Shown piece by piece: positions 54,957 to 64,000 of a stretch of 64,000 nucleotides of DNA. Numbering within the stretch: the first letter of the stretch is position 1; each line of letters opens with the position of its first letter. Origin of the DNA: Chrysemys picta bellii (Eukaryota); NCBI RefSeq assembly GCF_011386835.1, contig NC_088796.1, positions 9,796,001 to 9,860,000 on the forward strand, read 5' to 3'. The notes under the pieces were generated by a model. The model ran no database searches, was not told where the DNA came from, and was given only the letters and a program-made list of their open reading frames with translations. The position numbers were made by a program, and so were the translations under genes.

Positions 54957-55435
54957 TGGGGCCCTATCAAATTCACGGCCGTGAAAAACAGGTCACTGAC
55001 TGTGAAATCTGGTCTTCTGTGTACTTTCATCCTGTATTATACAGATTTCATGGGGGAGACCGGCATTTCTCAAAATGGGGGTCCTGACTCAAAAGAGAGT
55101 TGAGGGGCGGTTAACAAGGTAGGGGAGTCATGGTATTGCCACCCTTACTTCTGCGCTGTCTTCAGAGCTGGGTGGCCGGAGAGCAACGGCTACTGGTGAG
55201 ACATCTAGCTTTGAAGGTAGTGTCCCGCCAGCAGCAGCACAGAAGTAAGGGTGGCAATACCATACCATGCCACATTTACTTCTGCACTGCTGCCTTCACA
55301 GTTGGGTCAGGACCCCTACAGATACAACACTGTGAAATTTCAGATTTAAAGAGCTGAAATCATGAAATTTACTATTTTTAAAATCCTATGCCTGTGAAAT
55401 TGACCAAAATGGACCATGAATTTGGTAGGGCCCTA
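54957..55435. mobile_element. hAT-type MITE
   Basis: TIR tggggccctatcaaattca / tgaatttggtagggcccta; 8-bp TSD tatataag at 54949-54956 and 55436-55443. Confidence 0.85.
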
Positions 55436-56712
55436 TATATAAGTATCTAATTTGTAGGTGCAGTTTAATGTTATTCTGCTATGTAAATACTTGCTACACC
55501 ACAAATAGATTCAGGTACAAAAATGAAGTCTTGGTTAGGACTGTGCTGAAAATCAGGCGATTAAATGACCTACTTTTATAGATGGGAGAACGGAGACAGA
55601 TCTGGATCCCAATGCTTCTTTGGATTGTATTTATTTGAGGATTTAAAATCTTTAATCCAGGAGAAGTAATTTGTTCCTTAAAGATAAGAAATGTATTTAT
55701 ATATTCCATAAAGAAAACAAATTACCTCCTAAAATTGGGAAATCAGAAAAGATATTTCTATTATCGTGGTTAACTACATTTCCAGCTGCTCTGCATGGAC
55801 TGACTTCTGTACCCATTCAAATACCTTGTGATTGGATGGGGCTCCATGTGGGTGGACTCCTGTATCTATTTGCTTAGATAGGAATAAAACTCTGATCTGT
55901 GGAGTCCCAGGTGAATGACTTAATCATCAGAGCAACTGATGTAAAGCTTCTCTCAGAGTTGAGCTGTTATAACAAGTTCAGAAAAGCTGGATTAGTAGCT
56001 AGAGCACAGGTGTGGTGTGTCAGTCAGAATAAATGCAGTTTATCACATGACAATGACACTACATTTGGAAGGAAGGGAGTTTAATTGTATCTGTAGAATA
56101 CAGGATTTTTAAGTTGCCTTTAAAATAAATGTTTACTACAGTGTCCACACTGGTTCACTATTGATTTGTAGGGTGGGAGGGTTGATGCCTCTATCAGGCT
56201 TCCGGTCTTTAATTCATACAGATTGCTCTGAAAAGTACTGACATGGCTCTTGAAAAGGTTTTTTTTCCCCACCAAATTACCTAACTTCCAGGAAACTTTC
56301 AAATAAGTGTTTACATATTTTGTCATGTTGCATAAAAACCATGGTAACTTCTGAAATGGGGTGCTGGTTTCCCCAGTGGACTTCAGCTGTGATTTTTAGC
56401 TGAGGCTATTTTCAGGCATTGCAATGTGTGTTGAGTCTGAACAATTTAAAACAAATAGTGTATTGAGGAGTACCACTTTTGGAGGAAACTGGTTGATTAA
56501 ATTGCCAGGAAAGAATAGCTAAGATGTTTTTAGGTGGCTTTTTTTACATCCTTCCCTACAAATGTGTCTGGGTAAATAGTTATATTAAAAATTAAAGGAC
56601 TGTGTAAGAACTTTACAACTAAGGTCAGTCACAGCGCATGAATGATGGAAACCCTGAAAAATAACGCAAACGTTTTATTTTACTGTGATTTATAGTACAA
56701 AAATGTTACTTA

Positions 56713-56996
56713 GGCCTGGTTTACACTAACTCCCCAATTCGAACTAAGATACGCAACTTCAGCTACGTGAATAACGTAGCTGAAGTCGACGTACCTTAGT
56801 TCGAACTTACCGCAGTCCAGACACGGCAGGCAGGCTCCCCCGTCGACTCCGCGTACTCCGCGCGCCGAGCAGGATTACCGGAGTCGATGGGGAGCACTTC
56901 TGGGTTCGATTTATCACGTCCAGACAAGACGCGATAAATCGAACCCAGAAGTTCGATTGCCTGCCGTCGAACCAGCGCGTAAGTATAGACAAACCC
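56713..56996. mobile_element. Harbinger-like palindromic MITE (related to 28227-28511)
   Basis: TIR ggcctggtttacact / agtatagacaaaccc; tta/cta flanks; shares cagctacgtgaata.cgtagctgaa hairpin. Confidence 0.75.
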
Positions 56997-58183
56997 CTAC
57001 ATCAAGGGGGAAAAGAAGCCTTTACAAGCTGATAAAGTTTTAGATCAGTGTCATTGTATGCATAGTCCTTGTTGATTAATGAAAGTGGATATGTTACCTT
57101 TGTTTCACAGCACTACAGGTATTATTTAGTTATTAGCTATTTGCAGCACCCATGGTGGGTTAGGTTTGTTCTGAACTCTTAATTCCCCCCCCCCCCCCAA
57201 AAAAAAAATAAGTGTGGATGTTGAGAGCTGTGGGTTAGTGGTATGGACTTTGTCATGTAAGAGAGTGGGGGGCGTGGGAGCCAAGGGTGGGAAAGAGAGA
57301 AGAGTGGAGGGATCAACCCAGTGAATTTACAGAAATGAGGGATGAAAGAGGTGAGAGCGGAAGACTAAGTGACAGAAAAGTCCATGGAGGTTGATATACT
57401 GAAGGCTGCAGGAAGTGCAGGTGGATGGACGAGTGAGTGTTGCTAACGTTAAATGGAACAATGGTTCTTTTGTGAAATAGTGGATTTTGAAGTTAAAATG
57501 GAAGTTAGGGCTACCACAACGTTCCAGCTTTTTTAGTTTAATTAAATGCTACCCTAGACTTTCCCCACTGTTTGTTTGATATGCACATCAAGGGTAAAAT
57601 AAGAATGAGAAATGTACTAAACTGTGGTACTGTTTGTATAAGGCAAAAGGTACTGAAAGGACCCTTTCCAATAAGACACATCTAGTTTGTCATTTCTTTA
57701 AAGTATCTAGCAAGGTTTCCAAGTACAGGTATTTTCCACCCTTAAATACTTTGTAACTTCCCAGCATCTAGCATCCACTGATCTGGTTGAAGTTGGATAG
57801 GTGTTAATATCTTTGAGATGACCTGGGTGATGAGCTTTCTTCAAGGTCACAAAGCAAGCTGGTGGTAGAATCTGCTGTAGAACCCCCAAATCCTAACTCC
57901 TTATCCCCAGAACTAATTACTTAGGACACTGTCACTGCTTTTTAAAGTTAGATTCCTCCCTCTCTTCCCCCATTGGGCAGTGTCTTGTTTTTGGACATTG
58001 GATGGTCACTAAGAATGGTCTTAATGTATTTAGTGTTGTGGAAGAGGTTTCAGGACCTCATTAAAAAAAAAACACACTATACTTAATTCAGAGAAAAACA
58101 ATATACAATTAATTTAATGAACAGAACAGACTACTTAATCTTCAACAGTTACTTATCTGTAGGTTGCATTCCACAAAGAGCGA

Positions 58184-58226
58184 GTGTGCGTGTGCGCGCA
58201 TACACACACACACGCGCGCACGCGCA
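58184..58226. repeat. 43-bp perfect alternating purine/pyrimidine tract (GT/GC/CA)
   Basis: gtgtgcgtgtgcgcgcatacacacacacacgcgcgcacgcgca. Confidence 0.85.
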
Positions 58227-59304
58227 AAGAAATATCCTTTGTAGGAAGCTTAAAAATGACCACAGTGGATCAAATAAAGTGTCCACCTAGTTAATATCCT
58301 GGCTTGAATCAGATATTTGAGCTGTGTCTTGAGGCCTAATTCTCCATTTCCTTATACAGGTGTAACTTGTTTGATCCTCAGAGTGGTTACAGCAAAGCTG
58401 ACTGCTGAGTTAGGCCCATCTGTGGCTCAGAATTATTTTTGTTCAAGAGGACTCAGACACTTTGCGTTATTGTGAGAGCTGTGGACTAATCCCTGGTGCA
58501 TTGTGAAGTGTAATTGGGGAAATTAAAACTATAGAGCAAGGTGCCAGAGGATCTTAATTGTTTAAGCATTATCTTTCATGGTTTAGTCCTGAAAACAGAC
58601 TGTTTATTAAAAGAAAATTATTTGTATCATTAATTTATATAAACCTGTGTCAGTGTCAGCTGTTAAAATGTTAATCTGGTTTGAACTACATTTTTTAGAA
58701 ACATCTTAGTTACCTATGCAAATGTATTAATTAGCATCTCTCATTCTGTGTTTACAGCATTAAATACAAACATATTTAGTCACAAGAGCTTCTTTTGTTT
58801 TATCCACTTGTTGTCTCTTGACTCTTCAGGGTGACAGGTTTGAATAAATGGACAGAAAAAAGAACCCCTCAAACGTCTTAGTTAAACATACTTTATTACT
58901 TTGATATATATCAAAGCCTACTTCTTTAAAAACTAAGTTTATAAAAATGAACTTTAAAAAGTGATTCACTTCACTGGTCATTCACTTTATTGGGTCTTTG
59001 GAATTGTTAAGAAGGCTTTTTGAGCGCCAGGCTCCTTACGGCTGAAAAACTAATGATTGTGGCATTTGCCAATTACTGATTGCTTTGTATGCTAATTAAG
59101 CATCTTTGTGGTCTCTGTGAAAGCTGGCCATTATTAAATGTATATATCTTGGATTGAAGTCCAGGTTCATGAGTTGTTCATCCAGTGATAAAGTATTCAG
59201 TAAAGTATTCAGGGAGGCATGGCTTTTTGAAAATATTAATGGTTCTGATTTTTAAAAGTGGGCACCTAAAAGCTGTCAAAACAGGGCACTTTTTACATTC
59301 ATAA

Positions 59305-59480
59305 CAGGGCCGCCCGGGGGGGGGGGGGGGGGCGGCAAGTGGGGCAATTTGCCCCAAGCCCCGGACCCCGCAGGGCCCCCCCACGAGAATATAGTATTCT
59401 ATAGTATTGCAACTTTTTTTATGGAAGGGGACCCCAAAATTGCTTTGCCCCGGGCCCCCTCAATCCTCTGGGCAGCCCTT
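59305..59480. mobile_element. hAT-type MITE
   Basis: TIR cagggccgccc / gggcagccctt; TSD attcataa/gttcataa. Confidence 0.7.
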
Positions 59481-59589
59481 GTTCATAAATATGGACTCTG
59501 GATCTTTAACTTGAGACATCTATTTAAAAAAAATCTTGCACATATCTAATTTTGAAAAACTTTCTAGATGTATATTCAGTATGAAATTA

Positions 59590-60437
59590 TACCAGGTCTC
59601 TTCCATCTTGAATATACTTGGTTTTAAGATCTTCCCCCCACGTTACCCGGGGTTCTTTCAACCCAAAGCTCTTGGTAACTTTTACTCTGTGCGAGGTGGT
59701 GTCAGGAAATAAATCAGGGGAGACACGCCGTCCGACCGATAGATGGCTGTCACAACAAAACAACAGAAGAGTGCTTTCACTTAAATCTAAACTTGGTCTC
59801 AAGCACTTACACACGTCCGCAACAAGATTAGTAAAACACCCCCAACCCTTGATAATTCCCAAAGCTGAGTGTGGCTTTTGAGTGACACAGCGGCAGGCTT
59901 CCGATGGCCAAATCTTCCGTCTGCCGGTGGGGACCGCAAGATGTATCCAGAGGGAGAGTCCAAAAGATTCCCCAAACAAGTCCAACTGTCTCAAGCTTTT
60001 TCCCCTTATTTATACATTAGTAATAGAATGACATGTCCCTTAAAGAAACATAGTTAAGTAAGCAGTTTCAATGATCAAGCAAGAGGTTCCTTCTGATTAT
60101 TGATTAACCAGGTGTGGGTTTTTCCAGAGTTTGCAGCCTTGAGACCCCAATAGACATTCCTGGGGCATATCTTACTCTTTTAAAATGCATGTATCAGCAA
60201 CTTCAACACAATTCTTATCAGGAAGGACATGGGGTCAAGCTGCCCTTTCTGTGGCACCCAAAACTCCCTGCCTCCCCCCACCTGCCTTGGTCAAGCTGAG
60301 ACTGTTTAATAGCTTGCTTTTAACAGTAAGCCATAGTGGTTTTAGGCACTTTACTGGTTTGCCAAAGTCTCCCCATACACCTATGCCCTATAGTTCATCC
60401 TCTTGGCTATTTCTGTCTAGGTTTAAATTACTGTAAT
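59590..60437 (-). mobile_element. Probable ERV-type solo LTR
   Basis: Minus-strand TATAAATAA near 60007-60015 followed by an AGTAAA polyA-like signal; ends and TSD not resolved. Confidence 0.45.
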
Positions 60438-61315
60438 GATGGAACTTTAACTTTTTCCACTGAGAAACTATTCTACTGGCTAATAGACTTCTATAGAAAA
60501 CCTTCCTTGTATTCAACTTAAATTTTCAAGATATGGACCTCCTCGGACCACCCTAAATGATTCCTCTCCCCTCTCTTCTCCGCACAGTGCTTGTTTCAAA
60601 AGGTTCTAGTCTCTCTTCATCCTGCTTTAGCCATCATTTAGGCAAAAACTCATTCATATATATTGTTCTTCTCATGGTTTCTTATAAATCAAGTCTCTCT
60701 AGTCCATTAATCATTGTTGCTTTTCTGAACTCTTTCCAACCTTGTTTACGCACTTAGGTTCAGTGTTGTTGGAGATAGTTTGAACAAAAAATCATGAAAA
60801 ATTTATTTGCTTTTTCATCGAAATATTGAGCAGATCTATCACTTAGACAAAATGGGGAGATTTTTTTTCCCCAAAAATATTTTGCAAGAATACCTTTTTC
60901 CTAATGTGTGATTGACTTATGCCAGTTAGCAAGTAACAATAAGATAAGTATAACAGACCTCCTAGAGATTGAGGAAAAATTAGAATGTATTCTGTATATA
61001 TGAGAGGTTATTGAATAACTCTTCATTTGTAGCGGTTTACAAACTTTCGGATGATTTTTAAATGTTAACTATCTGTAAATATTGGTACTTCATTGGCAAT
61101 GCACACTTCCCAAGGTGAGGTTGAGAGTTGTAATAATTGTTAGTACCACATGAGATAGTTTGCATCTCTTGGTAAACGGTTAAAACAACCACATTGACAA
61201 TGCTGTTCATTTTTTTTATTACAAACAAAATGTGTGAATAGAATTCTAAATTTGTATAGGCCCTGATCTTGCATAGACTTACTCTGTTCTGACAGCCAAA
61301 GGTGTGAAAAGATCT

Positions 61316-62402
<1,087 letters not shown>

Positions 62403-63250
62403 TAGCAACGCTATTTCTGTGTTAACAATTGCTTGATCGACGGTGTGTGGGGGGGGTGCCTTTTCCCCCCCCAAAAACATGAAAACTTATATATACTCCT
62501 ATTGGTGTCCATGATGCTATAAAGAAGAGACTAAGAGATGGGAATTCTTGAGTTCTAATCACGCTTTTGGCACTGACTACCCTTCTGTAGCATTTGTCAT
62601 TATAAAATATCTTCTGTCCACAGATCTCAAATTTCTTTACAAACATTAATTTAGCTTTGCAACACTCCTGCAAGGTGGTAAATGATTGATAATGTATTCA
62701 GGAGATGTGTTCTGTTGCTTAGCAAATCTTGGACTGTTTTCTGGTTAGGCAAATTGGTGTCTCGGGTTATCATTGATGAAATACGGAGCCTTTCAATTCT
62801 TGACTACTGCTCCCAAATTCAGATTAGTAACAGCCAAACACATGTATCCTCTGTTGGCTGGTCAGTGGCCTACGTGAGTTGACTTGGTAATCTTATTCCT
62901 GTTCCTGCAGAATAAGTATTCACTTCTCAGAATCCAGTATCAAATGTTGGCAATAGTAGACTCTTCAAAAAGGTTTGAACAGGCATAGAGACTAAACTAG
63001 CACACTACCTCCTTCCCACTAGAATGTCCTCTTTCAGAGTTCAGGCACAGGATAGGAGAAGCTTGCGTTGCCATTGTCTTGTGGACAAATAAGACTTCTG
63101 TTTTCCATTGCTAAGCACCTTTTACCATGCCCTACAAAATTCATTTAAAATATGTTGCCTGGTTTGTCCTTTGGGTGGCAAAATGGCTCAGCTTTGCCCT
63201 CCAGTCCTGTTACAACAGTGAGCAGGTGAACAATTTCCTCTATTTGCCAA

Positions 63251-63470
63251 AAGCAGCAGAGGGTCCTGTGGCACCTTTGAGACTAACAGAAGTACTGGGA
63301 GCATAAGCTTTCGTGGGTAAGAACCTCACTTCTTCAGATGCATCTTGCATCTGAAGAAGTGAGGTTCTTACCCACGAAAGCTTATGCTCCCAGTACTTCT
63401 GTTAGTCTCAAAGGTGCCACAGGACCCTCTGTTGCTTTTTACAGATTCAGACTAACACGGCTACCCCTCT
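63251..63470. mobile_element. Penelope pseudo-LTR perfect fold-back insertion (family B)
   Basis: 94-bp arms 63249-63342 / 63346-63439 with 1 mismatch; 12-bp TSD tctatttgccaa at 63239-63250 and 63471-63482. Confidence 0.9.
63347..63387 (+). ncRNA. Putative minimal hammerhead (mirror copy on the minus strand at 63301-63341)
   Basis: GCAT-CTGAAGA-A-GTGAGGT(TCTT)ACCCAC-GAAA-GCTT-ATGC. Confidence 0.75.
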
Positions 63471-64000
63471 TCTATTTGCCAAGTGATTCAGGAAATCTTC
63501 CATGGAGATATACAAATTCCACTTCAATATCTGGATTGTCTAGTATAAAATACGCCAAAGCCTAGAAAAAAAGTACATTGAACACTGATGATCTTAGAAA
63601 GGAGGCAGACAAGATAATGTGAAATAATTGCTGAAGAAATGTAAAACGTATTCTGTCTTATTGAAAGAAGTAAAAAAGTAACAGCCTTTATAAACTGTCA
63701 TTGATAATGGATTAGCAGCAATTCAGCACAATGAGAAAACAAAGACAAGTTATTAATCAGCAGCCACAATAACTCCCATCACTCCAGAGAATAGTCATGA
63801 AAGGATTAACCCCTGTACTCTGCATGCAAAGTACAAGTCAAAATTGTTTGAGAACTGAAGTTATTATACAAAATTACTCATTTCCTATGTTTCCATAGAT
63901 TCTTTAAAGAAATGTAAGTTGATGTTCGCTATTTCAATGGAAAAAGCTTTTAAATTTCTGCAAGATTATCCATTGAATTAACTAGTTAACACAATGATTG

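Overview
Vertebrate genomic DNA, most likely from a turtle. This is inferred from a tortoise-type tRNA/CR1 SINE, CR1, Penelope, DIRS and hAT/Harbinger MITE content. The window lies inside the PIK3C3 (VPS34, class III PI3-kinase) gene on the + strand. I traced 16 consecutive GT-AG coding exons (1718 nt, phase-consistent; about exons 7-22 by human numbering as I recall it), from DGDESSPIL through the catalytic GDRHLDN and HIDFG motifs. The start and end of the gene are outside the window. The introns are dense with transposons: three DIRS1-like tyrosine-recombinase retroelements with recognisable ITR/ICR termini plus a fourth YR relic (all + strand), a CR1, an RTE-clade LINE, a Penelope RT/GIY-YIG fragment, solo LTRs, SINEs and many MITEs with target-site duplications. 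The most notable pattern is a set of short Penelope pseudo-LTR insertions, each carrying a minimal type-I hammerhead ribozyme motif (GCAT-CYGANGA-A-stemII-GAAA-GCTT-ATGC). Most are fold-back palindromes whose inversion junction sits at the ribozyme boundary. Other points of interest are antisense-facing TATA/Inr promoters in the DIRS right ITRs, two exons whose splicing regenerates a 5' splice site, and an inverted SINE-tail pair flanking an in-frame three-exon block. All family assignments come from motif recognition by eye; no database search was run.
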